From: an uncultured Chlamydiae bacterium
Lineage (GTDB): Bacteria; Chlamydiota; Chlamydiia; Chlamydiales; JAJFMA01
DNA length: 64,000 nt
Assembly (NCBI GenBank): GCA_963713615.1
Contig: CAVQMM010000001.1
Coordinates: 864,001-928,000 of the forward strand
Direction of reading: 5' to 3'
A program made the translations under genes and the position numbers. This document shows positions 8,965-19,730 of the stretch, one piece after another. The notes beneath the pieces were generated by a model. The model did no database searches and was not told the DNA's origin. It saw nothing but the letters and a program-made list of their open reading frames with translations. How positions within the stretch are numbered: the first letter of the stretch is position 1; the number at the start of each line of letters is the position of its first letter.

Positions 8965-11900
8965 GTGACCATTTCGAGTTTAAAAAAAGAGGTATTACAT
9001 ACGATGGAGAGGATCAAACCGGATAGTTCAGTCGCCTTGTTGAGTAGTCCCGTAGTATCCAAGGAACCAAAACAAGCATCTCCCTTTGTTGAAGCCTTAG
9101 AAGTGTTGGCTAACCAGGATGTTGTGGCGGCATCAAAGAAACTGCTGTCCTGTGCTCAGAATCTCTCCCAAACTAGTTCGGAGCTATGGCAAGGTTATCT
9201 AGTAGCAGTCGCTTCCGCTATTAGCATAAAGATGGAGGCACCGGAATTAGCCCTTATGGTCGATTTGGGTCATCTTGGAGAGAGGCTTCTGAAAGATGAT
9301 ACCTGCAGCTTTCAGACTTCCGCAAAAAGTAGGCCACCCGAATTTCTCTATCGTCATATTCTAATCCTATTAGACTCTGGAAATCCTGTTTTGGCCAAGG
9401 CTCTCTTAGAGGCATTGGTGAGGAAAAAGCTATTTAAAGGCAAACATGACTCCAACCGTCTGTCTAACCTTTGGGTGCGTGCCACGACCGAATCGATGGA
9501 CTCTTTGCATTCAGGACTCGAGGCATATAGACAGTCACTAGAACTCGGGATATCCTGGATAGGAATAAGTCCCGAATTATTCGATGAGTATTGTGGTCGG
9601 CTGGTTGAGTTGAGTAAACAAGCTCAGCTGGATGCCAAAACAGCTCGCCTGATGCTGAACTTTCTTTCGCAGCGCAATCTAGCGATTTCTCAACGCGATA
9701 CTTTGGAAACCGCCATACGAAATTACCTACGAGATCAGAACGATCAAGAGGTGGATAAACGGTTTGAGGCACCATTCAAACAAATGCACTGGCAAACCCA
9801 GACTCCTTCTGTCGAGAATTTGCAAACGCATATTCAGAACAAGCGTTGGTTGCCAGCTATAAGCCTATTGACCCAATTACTAGCTCTCAATCCCTCGCCA
9901 ATAGCACCAGAAGACGCGCGTACATACATCCATCAAATGATAACAGCTGCGCGAATGAGCGAAAAGGCGCACATTAAGCAGATGGCTAATAGCCTGCTTA
10001 AAGATACCCATGTGCGCAAATATGTCGCAGAAGTGGGTTTGTGGCTTGTCGATCAAGCCCGGAACCGAGAAGCCCAGGAGTGGTTCGACCTAGTCATAAG
10101 CTTAAAACTTGAACTTCCAGATGCATCACGACAGGCTTTTGCTAGGCTTGCTTGTGACCTAACATGGAAAAGCTTACAGGACAAAGATAGTGAAAATTGT
10201 TTTAGGAATGCCATCGATAATGGCCTAGTTAGTTACAGCGATATCGTTGAAGCGGATCCTGAACTATTGATTGAGCTAGCGGAAGCCTTGTTAGGTGGTG
10301 GCAAGTACATGCGCACGTGCGAATGGTTGTATAGCGATAACTTTGCAGGCCACATCAATACACGCAATAGCCTATTCATCAAGGCTGTCACGTTACTTAT
10401 TCAAGAAGAAGAATACGACCAAGCTCAAAAAGCCCTGACTACTTGGGATGGACCTGAAGACCTATTAGACCCTGTGTGGGAAGACCTGGTATCTAAAGTG
10501 GCTACATACTCTCCTGGCAACCTCGTCAAAGTACTATCCTGCGCGCCCCCTAATGCACCTCCTGAAGAATTCGTTAAGTCCCTTTTAATTAAAGCCTTAA
10601 ACACGAACGACCTGAAAACGTGTTTTATGCTCGTAAAGCGCTTTCCATGTGCCTACCAACTGCTCTGTAAACGCGAATTTTCGCTGCAGGACAAAAACTC
10701 TCAGGCTAATGCATGGATTGTGTTAATCGAATACCTCGCGGAAAAGCGCTCTTCTATTCTGTTAGAGATGATTAAGCAGGCTCCCCATGAAGTAGCTGAG
10801 GGATTTTTTTCATCCTTCGACACATTGCCCAAAAAGCAAAGCCAGTTTTTTAGAAGGCTTATCATAGGGGCTGCGAAGATCATCCCGGATGATGACGACG
10901 CCAGTTTTTTTGCCTTAATACGCTTTCGAAAAAGCCTAGAGCCTTTGTTCATCAATTTCGAACTCATGCACCAGCGATTTTACTGCGACACAATATTGGG
11001 CTATCACCTTACTCGCTCTAATTGTCCCGACATCTTCACCACAGGAATACTAGCAGCCTCTGACGTTACGTCTAAGCAGATGTTGCTTTTAAGCTCTTTG
11101 GAGGAGATCACGGATAATTGGGATCGAATTATGGGCAACAGACTCAAAGATGAAAATACTCCAATATTCATCCCTGAACAGCCCTCCAAGGAACGTCTAG
11201 CAGAGATAATTCCTCATTGTACAAATTGCCTTGGTAGTACCGATACGTATCAAATGGTTCTACAAATAATCCATCGAACCAGTCAGATAGGTTCAATACT
11301 TGTCAAAGAGGAGCACCAAGATATCTTAGGGGACGTATGGAACTGGATTGAGCCTTATGAAATTCCGAAATCTCAACTCATGATGTTCGCCACTGATATT
11401 GCAAAAACGGGGGCTAGAAATCACCTTCCCTACGTTCGAGAAGCCATAGACTTTTTACTCAAAAAATGTTCTTCGGTAGAGCTGATGTCTGATGACGAAA
11501 AGGAGGCGTTATATCCCGCTCTTCGCTTGCTGGTAAAGCATGACCGTTTGGATAGTGATGGCACTCTTGCCGAAATCCTTCGTGGAACACTCGTCAAGGA
11601 TGTTTTGACCGAATCACAACTGGCAAAACTATGGAACACTTATTTTACAAATGTGTTAATGACAGACCAGGAGATCTCAAGTATTGTAGACCAGCTGCAA
11701 GCCCTAAGCTCACATATCCCTGCAATCCTGCGACATCGTTCTCCCCCGACCAAAGAAAAGCCCTTTCCATTCTCTGTTGATGCGGCTTTAAGCAAAGTTG
11801 CATGTCTTGTTCACCTTGATCCAAACTTAAAATCCCTTGAAAAGCAAGCAAAGGAGATCTTCTTCTCTGCTCTACCCGAACCCTATTATAAAGGCAGGCA

Positions 11901-12912
11901 AGCCTACAAGCGTGTCGTTGATGTTAACAATGGCTACGACTATTCGCTCTATCTAAGATATATCGAAAAAATTATTCAGTTCGCTAATGTGCCCTCCGAC
12001 GAAAAGACTTATGCGCGAGACTCAGCATGGGTATGCCTATGGGAGCTCCTAAAAGTGATTCCTGCAAAGAAAGAGGCCGATCGCAAGAACGTTGGCGATT
12101 TAGTGAGTAAATATATCGTGAGCACCTGTAGCCTTGATTCTAACCCAACTAATGATGGCATAACCCCAACCCCAATAGGGTTATGGCAATTGGCATTTGG
12201 AAATGTGCTGAATCATCTTCCCTATAAAGGATATGAACTTCATCTTCTTGCTACCGGAAAGATGCCCAAGAGACATGTATATACAGGTTCAGCGCTAGTA
12301 GCTCTCTACGCAACCGCAATACAGCAAGCTGCTGCTGTAGGATCTCAAGAAAGCCTTGAAATGGCCCACCATTTAGCCCAAGAAGCAGATCAGCTCAAGA
12401 AAAGTAAGGACCACTATGCCCTGTTAGTCCCTTGTATTAAGCCTTTGATCGCTGCTAATCAACATCGATCGCTCAACTTGAGGGAAGGAGGCAGGTTTCT
12501 AGATATCTTGTTCACGCTGGGAAATAAATGGCTGGTGGGTCAGCCCTACGATGTTCGTATAGACAACTATGTGGCCTTATTAGCTAGTACACGAAAGGGG
12601 GTTTCAATGACTGAGATTAATATTCTTCCAAACACAAAGATGTTTACGCATTCAACATCGGCATGGGTCATTCCTGCGGCTGGAAATTTCGAAGAGGCTA
12701 TGGAATCTGGGCTGGCAAGTGGCTTTTATGATAGCAATCCAGCACTCTTCTATACGCATCTAAGTGAGTCATTGGATTTTTTTGCCAAACTATTCAAGCA
12801 GGGCTGTGAAAGGACCTATGTCATTAATCTTCTCAACCTTGCAAAAACTAGATTCCCCGTAATACCTGAACACAGACAAACGATGGGGGAATGGGTCTCT
12901 CTGATTCGATGA
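8965..12912 (+). CDS. Large alpha-helical hypothetical protein, paralog 1 (likely start ATG 9004)
   Basis: 1315-aa ORF colinear with 12931-16899 and 41655-45174 (DPELLIELA, MIKQAPHEVA, DYSLYL motifs). Confidence 0.85.
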   Translation: MTISSLKKEVLHTMERIKPDSSVALLSSPVVSKEPKQASPFVEALEVLANQDVVAASKKLLSCAQNLSQTSSELWQGYLVAVASAISIKMEAPELALMVDLGHLGERLLKDDTCSFQTSAKSRPPEFLYRHILILLDSGNPVLAKALLEALVRKKLFKGKHDSNRLSNLWVRATTESMDSLHSGLEAYRQSLELGISWIGISPELFDEYCGRLVELSKQAQLDAKTARLMLNFLSQRNLAISQRDTLETAIRNYLRDQNDQEVDKRFEAPFKQMHWQTQTPSVENLQTHIQNKRWLPAISLLTQLLALNPSPIAPEDARTYIHQMITAARMSEKAHIKQMANSLLKDTHVRKYVAEVGLWLVDQARNREAQEWFDLVISLKLELPDASRQAFARLACDLTWKSLQDKDSENCFRNAIDNGLVSYSDIVEADPELLIELAEALLGGGKYMRTCEWLYSDNFAGHINTRNSLFIKAVTLLIQEEEYDQAQKALTTWDGPEDLLDPVWEDLVSKVATYSPGNLVKVLSCAPPNAPPEEFVKSLLIKALNTNDLKTCFMLVKRFPCAYQLLCKREFSLQDKNSQANAWIVLIEYLAEKRSSILLEMIKQAPHEVAEGFFSSFDTLPKKQSQFFRRLIIGAAKIIPDDDDASFFALIRFRKSLEPLFINFELMHQRFYCDTILGYHLTRSNCPDIFTTGILAASDVTSKQMLLLSSLEEITDNWDRIMGNRLKDENTPIFIPEQPSKERLAEIIPHCTNCLGSTDTYQMVLQIIHRTSQIGSILVKEEHQDILGDVWNWIEPYEIPKSQLMMFATDIAKTGARNHLPYVREAIDFLLKKCSSVELMSDDEKEALYPALRLLVKHDRLDSDGTLAEILRGTLVKDVLTESQLAKLWNTYFTNVLMTDQEISSIVDQLQALSSHIPAILRHRSPPTKEKPFPFSVDAALSKVACLVHLDPNLKSLEKQAKEIFFSALPEPYYKGRQAYKRVVDVNNGYDYSLYLRYIEKIIQFANVPSDEKTYARDSAWVCLWELLKVIPAKKEADRKNVGDLVSKYIVSTCSLDSNPTNDGITPTPIGLWQLAFGNVLNHLPYKGYELHLLATGKMPKRHVYTGSALVALYATAIQQAAAVGSQESLEMAHHLAQEADQLKKSKDHYALLVPCIKPLIAANQHRSLNLREGGRFLDILFTLGNKWLVGQPYDVRIDNYVALLASTRKGVSMTEINILPNTKMFTHSTSAWVIPAAGNFEEAMESGLASGFYDSNPALFYTHLSESLDFFAKLFKQGCERTYVINLLNLAKTRFPVIPEHRQTMGEWVSLIR

Positions 12913-12930
12913 TGGAAAGGACAATGAGGA

Positions 12931-15900
12931 TTGTTTAAACGAAATCATAAGAACCCACCCAATTTTAAAAAGGTATTACACTTTATGGAGAGAGTCAACC
13001 AAGACAGTTCAGTCGCTTTGTTGAGTAGGCCCGTACCGAAGGAACCAAAACGAATATCTCCCTTTGTTGAAGCCTTAGAAGTGTTGGCTAACCAGGATGT
13101 CGTGGCGGCATCAAAGGAACTGCTGTCCTGTGCTCAGAATCTCTCACAAAGTAGTTCGGAGCTATGGCAAGGCTATCTAGCAGTCATTTGCGCTATTGAC
13201 CCAAAGAAGGAAAAACCGGAGCTGTCAGCCTCTACTACTTTAGCCTTGGGACGGCTCGCCAAGCGGTTACTAAAGGATGTTGCCTGTAGCGTGCAGTTTT
13301 CCGCAAAAAATAACCCTGCCAAAGCTCTATCCCATCACATTAGAGTCCTATTAGCGGCTGGAAAATCTCGATTGGCCAAAGCCCTGCTGGAGCCATTGAT
13401 GAAACAAAAACTTTCCTTAGTCAGCCATCAATCCACTGATCTAGCCAACCTTTGGGTGCAAGCTACCACTGAATCGATGGCATCCTTGCATTTGGGACTC
13501 GATGCATATAAACAATCAGGGGAATTTCGGTTACCGTGGAGAGATATAAATCACGAAATTTTTGATGCTTATTGCCTTCGGCTGACTGAGCTGAGTGAAC
13601 ATGCTGTACTCGATGCCAAAACAGCTAAGATAATGAACGACTTTCTTGCGCATGGCAACCTAGCCGTTTCTCACCGCGAAATTCTGTCTGCTAAGCTACT
13701 GAATTACTCACAAAGTCAGGACAAGCAAGCGGTGCAAAAGCACTTCGATGCGCTGTCCAAACAAACAAACCTGCAGCCCCTGGCTGGTTCTATCGAGGAG
13801 AATCTGAAAACCTATATCGAGAAAGAGCGTTGGTTGCCTGCTATGGGTCTATTGGTCCGATCGCTCGCTCTTGATCCCTTGCCAGTATCACTAGAGGCTG
13901 CTCGTGCATACATTCATCAACTGGTAGCTGTTGCGCACAAGAGCGAAAGGTCCCTCATTAAGCAGACGGCTAAAAGCATGCTTAATAATATCCACGTGCG
14001 TAAATGCATCGCAAATGTAGGCTCGTGGCTTGTCGATAGTAAGCAGGACAAGGACGCCCAGCAATGGTTCGATTTTGTGATAAGCTTAAAACTTGAGCTC
14101 CCACCAGAATCACGACAGGCTTTTGCTAAGCTCGCTTGTTATTTGACCTGGAACACTTTAGACGAAGACGATTGTGAAGGAATGCTTAAGGATGCCATAG
14201 AACACACTGGCACAGGATATAGCGATCTCGTGCAGGCAGACCCTGAATTATTGATTGAGCTGGCCCGTACTCTTATATCCCGCAAAGCGGAAAGCAATGC
14301 CTATGTTTGGCTTAGCAAACCAAACTTTGATGACCATCTGAAATCGCGAAATGACTTATTCACAATGGCTATAGAAAAGCTTATTGGGCGAGACAAGTAT
14401 GACGACGCTCAAAAAGCCCTCATTGTCTTTGAGGAGAATGAGAAAGTATTGAGCCCTCTCTGGCAGAAACTTATCGACAAGGTAGCTAAAAATGCTCCTG
14501 ATCATCTTAGCAAAGTGCTATCTTGCTCACCACCCTCATGCACTTCAGAAGAAGTTGTTGGCGAAGCATTAACAAAAGCATTACAAGACGACCTAGAAAC
14601 GTGTTTTATGCTCGTAGAGCGCTTTCCATGTGGCTATCGACTGTTATGTGAGCGTGGTGGATTTCCCAAAGAAACCGAAGAGATTCAAGCTAAAGCATGG
14701 ATCCTATTAATCAATCACCTCACAGAAAAGCGCTCCCCTATTCTGTTAGAGATGATTAAGCAGGCTCCTCATGAAGTCGCTGGAGGATTTTTTTCCTCGT
14801 TTAACACATTACCTGAAAAACAAAGCCTTTTTTTTAGAAGGCTCATAGCAGGGGCTGCGCAGATCATTCAGGATGATGACGATACGAGCTTTTTTGCGTT
14901 GATCACTCTTCGACAGCGCCTTGAACCTCTGTTTACTATTTTCACCCTCATCACACAACGCTTTGAATGTGATATGGCCTTAGGCTATCACCTCGCCCGC
15001 TCTAGCCACCCCGAAATTTTCACTACTGCTGTGCTTTCGGCTTCAGATGCCATTACTAAGCTTACATTCCTTGCAAATTGCGACAAGGGGAGCGACATCA
15101 TGGAGCTTTGGCCAATGATGATGACCAATAAAATTAAAATTGCGGGTAGCCTTCCCCTTACGCCAGAATATCCCGGAGAGGAGGCTCTTATTGCAATAGC
15201 GCCCAATTGTTATACACGCCTTGAGGCCGCTAACACCAAACAAATGGCGTTACACATTGGTGAGCGAGCGCCTGCGATGAAAGCGAAATTTACAATTCCT
15301 GAACAGACCCATTCCTTGAGTCAGTTCTGGACTTCCGGTGGTGCCTGTGGTATTTCCCGCGCCGAGCACATGACTTTAGCGTCCAATCTTGCTCAAGCAG
15401 GAGCGATCAGCCATATCCCTCGTGTTCGCGCAGCGGTAGAAACCATGCGAAAAAACTATTTAGAGACGGGGAACATCTCTGATGATGAACGAGAGTGCCT
15501 GTATCCAGCCCTTCAATTGATCGTCAGTTATAGTGCTGATGCCAAAGTTGGTGAAATGCTCAATTACTGCTTTGTAATCGCTGTGTTGAGCGAGTCTCAA
15601 TTAGCTCAGCTGTGGAGCACTTATTTAGCAAAGACCTTAATACAAGGGGGAAATGCCGAAGACCTTGTCCATAAGATAAATATTCTGAGTGCACAGCTCC
15701 CTATAATCTTACAACATTGCTCGCCCACTGATGCTGAACAAATTTTTCCATCGTCTGTGGAAGCTGCTTTAGAAACGTTGATACGTTTGACCTACACCGG
15801 ACCTAGTTTAGACTATTTTAAGGAAGCACAAAATACGTTTTTTTCCGCCATGCCCGAACGCTATTTTAAGGGACATGGATCGAAAATTGATCGTTCCATA

Positions 15901-16899
15901 GATTATGATTACTCACTCTATCTGATGTATATCGATAAATTGATTCTGGGCATTACTAGAGCTTCCGCTAATGAGTGTGTTCAAGTAATAGCCACGACAT
16001 GTGTATGTCTATGGGAAATTGTCAAGAACGTTCCCCAAAAAAATGACATCGATCGCAGAAAAGTCGGCGATTTGGTCAGTAGGTATATCAAAGCTGTCTG
16101 CAACCCTGCTTGGGCATTAGAAAAAATGAATAGTGATTATCAACCGATGGCGATAGGCAAAAAGGCGTTTAGTGAAGGGATACTGAAGCACCTTCCCTTT
16201 AACGGATATCTAGAACTTCTGCTGGCAAATGGAAAAATGCCTAAGATGCACACTTTCCGTGGGTCGAAGCTGATAGAACTCTATGTCACCGCTATTCAGG
16301 AGGCGGCGAAGGTAGGCTCTGAGGAAAGCCTTGAAATGGCCTATCATCTAGCCCTAGGAGCAGATGGTCTTCGAGAGAGTAAAGACAACCATGCCCTATT
16401 GATACCTTGCTTAGATGCTTTAATAACGGCTAATGAGCGTCACCCCATTCACTTACGCCAAGGGGACCTAGCGTCAAACGGATTGCTCAAGCTTCGACAA
16501 AAGTGGTTGCAGAATCAGCCTCTCAACTCACGCGTAGAGTCGCATAAAAAACATGTTGCGCTGTTAGCTCTCACGCGTAATGGCTACCCTCTGACCCAAC
16601 TAACCGTGGTTAAAGGTTACTACACAGTGCATACAACAGCACAATGGACTTTGTACGCTGCTGATGGTTTGTTTGAGGTCTTAAAGGATGGGCTTGAAAC
16701 GGGCCTGTACACCCATAATTCAGCACTTTTCTATAAACATCTAGAGGATTCCTTGGCTTTCTATGCCCAACTACACAAGCAGGGCGAGACCATTACCCAT
16801 GTGAACAATCTGTTAGAGATTGCTGAAGCTAAGTTTAGCACTCGCACACGTAGACATACTACCCTGCAAAAAAAATGGAAAGATTTGCTTAAACCATAG
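12931..16899 (+). CDS. Large alpha-helical hypothetical protein, paralog 2 (likely start ATG 12985)
   Basis: 1322-aa ORF, tandem paralog of 8965-12912. Confidence 0.85.
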   Translation: MFKRNHKNPPNFKKVLHFMERVNQDSSVALLSRPVPKEPKRISPFVEALEVLANQDVVAASKELLSCAQNLSQSSSELWQGYLAVICAIDPKKEKPELSASTTLALGRLAKRLLKDVACSVQFSAKNNPAKALSHHIRVLLAAGKSRLAKALLEPLMKQKLSLVSHQSTDLANLWVQATTESMASLHLGLDAYKQSGEFRLPWRDINHEIFDAYCLRLTELSEHAVLDAKTAKIMNDFLAHGNLAVSHREILSAKLLNYSQSQDKQAVQKHFDALSKQTNLQPLAGSIEENLKTYIEKERWLPAMGLLVRSLALDPLPVSLEAARAYIHQLVAVAHKSERSLIKQTAKSMLNNIHVRKCIANVGSWLVDSKQDKDAQQWFDFVISLKLELPPESRQAFAKLACYLTWNTLDEDDCEGMLKDAIEHTGTGYSDLVQADPELLIELARTLISRKAESNAYVWLSKPNFDDHLKSRNDLFTMAIEKLIGRDKYDDAQKALIVFEENEKVLSPLWQKLIDKVAKNAPDHLSKVLSCSPPSCTSEEVVGEALTKALQDDLETCFMLVERFPCGYRLLCERGGFPKETEEIQAKAWILLINHLTEKRSPILLEMIKQAPHEVAGGFFSSFNTLPEKQSLFFRRLIAGAAQIIQDDDDTSFFALITLRQRLEPLFTIFTLITQRFECDMALGYHLARSSHPEIFTTAVLSASDAITKLTFLANCDKGSDIMELWPMMMTNKIKIAGSLPLTPEYPGEEALIAIAPNCYTRLEAANTKQMALHIGERAPAMKAKFTIPEQTHSLSQFWTSGGACGISRAEHMTLASNLAQAGAISHIPRVRAAVETMRKNYLETGNISDDERECLYPALQLIVSYSADAKVGEMLNYCFVIAVLSESQLAQLWSTYLAKTLIQGGNAEDLVHKINILSAQLPIILQHCSPTDAEQIFPSSVEAALETLIRLTYTGPSLDYFKEAQNTFFSAMPERYFKGHGSKIDRSIDYDYSLYLMYIDKLILGITRASANECVQVIATTCVCLWEIVKNVPQKNDIDRRKVGDLVSRYIKAVCNPAWALEKMNSDYQPMAIGKKAFSEGILKHLPFNGYLELLLANGKMPKMHTFRGSKLIELYVTAIQEAAKVGSEESLEMAYHLALGADGLRESKDNHALLIPCLDALITANERHPIHLRQGDLASNGLLKLRQKWLQNQPLNSRVESHKKHVALLALTRNGYPLTQLTVVKGYYTVHTTAQWTLYAADGLFEVLKDGLETGLYTHNSALFYKHLEDSLAFYAQLHKQGETITHVNNLLEIAEAKFSTRTRRHTTLQKKWKDLLKP

Positions 16900-16928
16900 G
16901 CCCAAACTTAGCTATTTTACGTTGGCGT

Positions 16929-17070
16929 GCTGTGTGGAGCAGTCATGCCATGACTGTGGAAGGGGCCCACCGTCGTAAGTGTGGAGACGTGCAAAACAAA
17001 CGTCCCATGTGATGCAAACAGAAGCTGTTTCAACCGTTCTCGCAGTCATGGAATGACAGCCCCACACAGC
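16929..17070. repeat. REP doublet family C (inverted, diverged)
   Basis: gctgtgtggagcagtcat ... catggaatgacagccccacacagc; internal part is the reverse complement of 8481-8626; lies between convergent genes. Confidence 0.8.
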
Positions 17071-17073
17071 GAT

Positions 17074-18747
17074 TTAATCACCGTCGGCCACAGGAAGCTC
17101 CTCGGCAGCCATGGACAGTGTGAGAGGTACTGTCAGAGTCAGCCCCTCTGGTCCAAAGAACTGGATAGGTCCAGGGTAGAGGTAAGCATCATCTACAACC
17201 CACCGTGAGCGTTGTTCTTCAAAAACGGTGAACACTCTGCTGTCGAGGTCAATGAGCGTCTTTGCAAGGACAGGTTTTTGCTTGCCACTGCGCTCTTCAA
17301 GGTGCATCAGCGACGTAAGTGGAACACCCCCTAGCACCCATTCGTCAACCGAGAGGATTAGACCTCTGACACAGGCGATATACCCTGTCGCTTTCGCCTC
17401 AATGAGGAGTGCACAGATATAACCCAATGTATAACAGTAATTGCTATCGAAGTGGCTAGGGAAGCAGGAACGTCCTTCATAACCTAAGAAATGAGGCTGT
17501 GCGCTAAATTTGCCCTTATATAGCCCTTTAGCTGCTCGCCGTTTCAGCTCCTCTTCTACAACCGCGATAAACAAGCGCTCGGTTTCAATTTTGGACACTT
17601 GCACATTGCCATGAGGATCTCTATCCAACAACAATTGCATTTGTACGACAATGGGCAACATACGAAAACAAGCCATTGCTTCAGTGCTAAGAAACTGCGC
17701 CAGATGTTTGGCAAGCTCTTGGGCCGACTCTAGATGCTTGATGACCTCGGCATGACCAGTCTCTGGAAGTAAAAGCGCATTCAACTCCGTGATCAACTTG
17801 CGGCAATCCGGAATAAATTCTATAACGCCTTCCGGAATCAAAATAACGCCATAGTTTTTGCCCGCTTGCGCTCGCTGACAAATGACATCGGCCAATTCCT
17901 CTGCAATCTGAGTCAGGGTAGCTCCCCTTTTGGCTAACTGTTCACCAATTAGCACAGAGTTGGGATGTGTCTGAAGGGCGCATTCCAAGGCAATATGCGA
18001 TGCGGAACGACCCATCACCTTGATGAAGTGATAGTATTTTTTTGCGGACAATGCATCGCGAGCGATACTGCCGATGATTCCCGAATAGGTTTTGCACGCG
18101 GTATCAAACCCAAATGAAATCTCGATGTCTTCACTTCTAAGGTCGCCGTCAACAGTCTTAGGAGCCCCCACAACCCGACAGGAAGACCCCTTGGCCTTTA
18201 GGTATTCTGCCAATAGAGCTGCATTGGTATTTGAATCATCGCCACCAATAATCACGAGGCCATCGAGGGCAAGAGCTTCTAGGGTCTGTTGAGCCACGGC
18301 AAACTGCTCAGGGGTTTCTAGCTTGGTCCTTCCTGATCCTATCAAGTCAAAGCCACCCGTATTGCGATAGGTGTCTAAGACGTCTGCAGTCAATACGCGA
18401 AATTCATTCTTAAGAATGCCACTGGGTCCATTCAGGAAGCCGAATAGCTCCGATCCCTGGTACAATTTTTGCAGAGCATCAAAAAGGCCGATGATCACAT
18501 TATGCCCACCAGCAGCTTGGCCACCGGAGAGGACGACACCCACGCGATAGGGGCGTGTAGCTAAAGTGCGTTCATGGTCGGAGAGCACTAACTTAGTTTG
18601 TCGCCACGTTTCGGGGAAAAGGTCGCGAATTTGAGGTGAAACCTGCGGTTCGATATTCGTAGGCAGCATTGCCACTCGACTCAGATCGTGAAGAACAGTC
18701 GGCAACAGTGGACGTTCCGTACGACGAAGTTCCTGTAGGCCTGTCAT
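17074..18747 (-). CDS. pfp: Pyrophosphate-dependent phosphofructokinase
   Basis: SGGQAAGGHNV, GGDDSNTNA, PKTVDGDL, MGRSASH, DPHGN and GYEGR motifs. Confidence 0.96.
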   Translation of the reverse strand: MTGLQELRRTERPLLPTVLHDLSRVAMLPTNIEPQVSPQIRDLFPETWRQTKLVLSDHERTLATRPYRVGVVLSGGQAAGGHNVIIGLFDALQKLYQGSELFGFLNGPSGILKNEFRVLTADVLDTYRNTGGFDLIGSGRTKLETPEQFAVAQQTLEALALDGLVIIGGDDSNTNAALLAEYLKAKGSSCRVVGAPKTVDGDLRSEDIEISFGFDTACKTYSGIIGSIARDALSAKKYYHFIKVMGRSASHIALECALQTHPNSVLIGEQLAKRGATLTQIAEELADVICQRAQAGKNYGVILIPEGVIEFIPDCRKLITELNALLLPETGHAEVIKHLESAQELAKHLAQFLSTEAMACFRMLPIVVQMQLLLDRDPHGNVQVSKIETERLFIAVVEEELKRRAAKGLYKGKFSAQPHFLGYEGRSCFPSHFDSNYCYTLGYICALLIEAKATGYIACVRGLILSVDEWVLGGVPLTSLMHLEERSGKQKPVLAKTLIDLDSRVFTVFEEQRSRWVVDDAYLYPGPIQFFGPEGLTLTVPLTLSMAAEELPVADGD

Positions 18748-18750
18748 TGG

Positions 18751-19629
18751 CTAACTCCCTAAGGGTGTGTGCAATCCTAGCGTTTCTACATACCACTCTG
18801 TTGTTTCCTTGAGGGTCATCTCCTGCTCCTGATGATCGGAAAAATCATGGGTGCTACGTTGCAATCGGATAAAGTCGGATCGGGCTGTAGACCTTTCACG
18901 TACTTGCCGATAGCGGTCAGCGTGGGAGTATGCTACCACCTCGTCTTTATCGCTATGCACACACATAAACGGAAGCTCAGATAATTTGTCCAGCTCCTGA
19001 GCCATATTTAGCTTAATGAGCTGCATAAATAGCTCGGGGTTTGTCATGCTACCCTGAAAAAGAAATGGAGCAGGTTTCCCAGTAGGGCCTTTGCTACTCT
19101 TACTAGTCTCTTCCCAGGTTTTTAGCCATGGATCTCCATGATAAACGGCAGCCCATAAGACCAAACTCTTAATATGACCAGCTTCCCGAGCAGCGAGCAC
19201 AGCAACAGGACCGCCCAGGGAACGTCCTAGCAACCCTATACGGGAAACATCGATTCCGGGAAGTCCTTCCAGATACTTCAAACCCAGCAAGGCATCATCA
19301 ACCTGATCTCGAAGAGTTGAGTTAACAAAATCGCCTTCGCTGTCACCGCAGCCGCGAAAATCAAGGCGCAGTGAAGCGATACCTACTGCTGCCAGAGCCT
19401 CCGAAAGGCGCACATACATGCGATAGCGCCCCACTTTAGTGCCGGCAAATCCGTGACACATTAAGACAGCAGGAACTTTGCGATCCGTAATGGGTTGATG
19501 TAACACACCAAAAATTTTGTGCCCTTTACTATCAATAGTGATGCACCGACGCTCTTCGACTCGACTCACAATAACCACCTGCTGGAAATGAATTACTACT
19601 AGTTTGAAGGTTTTTGGCTCAAAACACAA
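18751..19629 (-). CDS. Alpha/beta hydrolase
   Basis: HGFAG oxyanion motif, DFRGCGDSEG, GRSLGG nucleophile elbow, C-terminal D and H. True start probably downstream of 19629. Confidence 0.9.
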   Translation of the reverse strand: MCFEPKTFKLVVIHFQQVVIVSRVEERRCITIDSKGHKIFGVLHQPITDRKVPAVLMCHGFAGTKVGRYRMYVRLSEALAAVGIASLRLDFRGCGDSEGDFVNSTLRDQVDDALLGLKYLEGLPGIDVSRIGLLGRSLGGPVAVLAAREAGHIKSLVLWAAVYHGDPWLKTWEETSKSSKGPTGKPAPFLFQGSMTNPELFMQLIKLNMAQELDKLSELPFMCVHSDKDEVVAYSHADRYRQVRERSTARSDFIRLQRSTHDFSDHQEQEMTLKETTEWYVETLGLHTPLGS

Positions 19630-19730
19630 GCTTTGTTGAGCAAAAAATGCCTGTCATTGATCAATCTGCACCACACTTCTTGGATTTTTAGCAGGTCTTT
19701 GGTATGTGAAGTAACAAACGAGGAGTCTTT

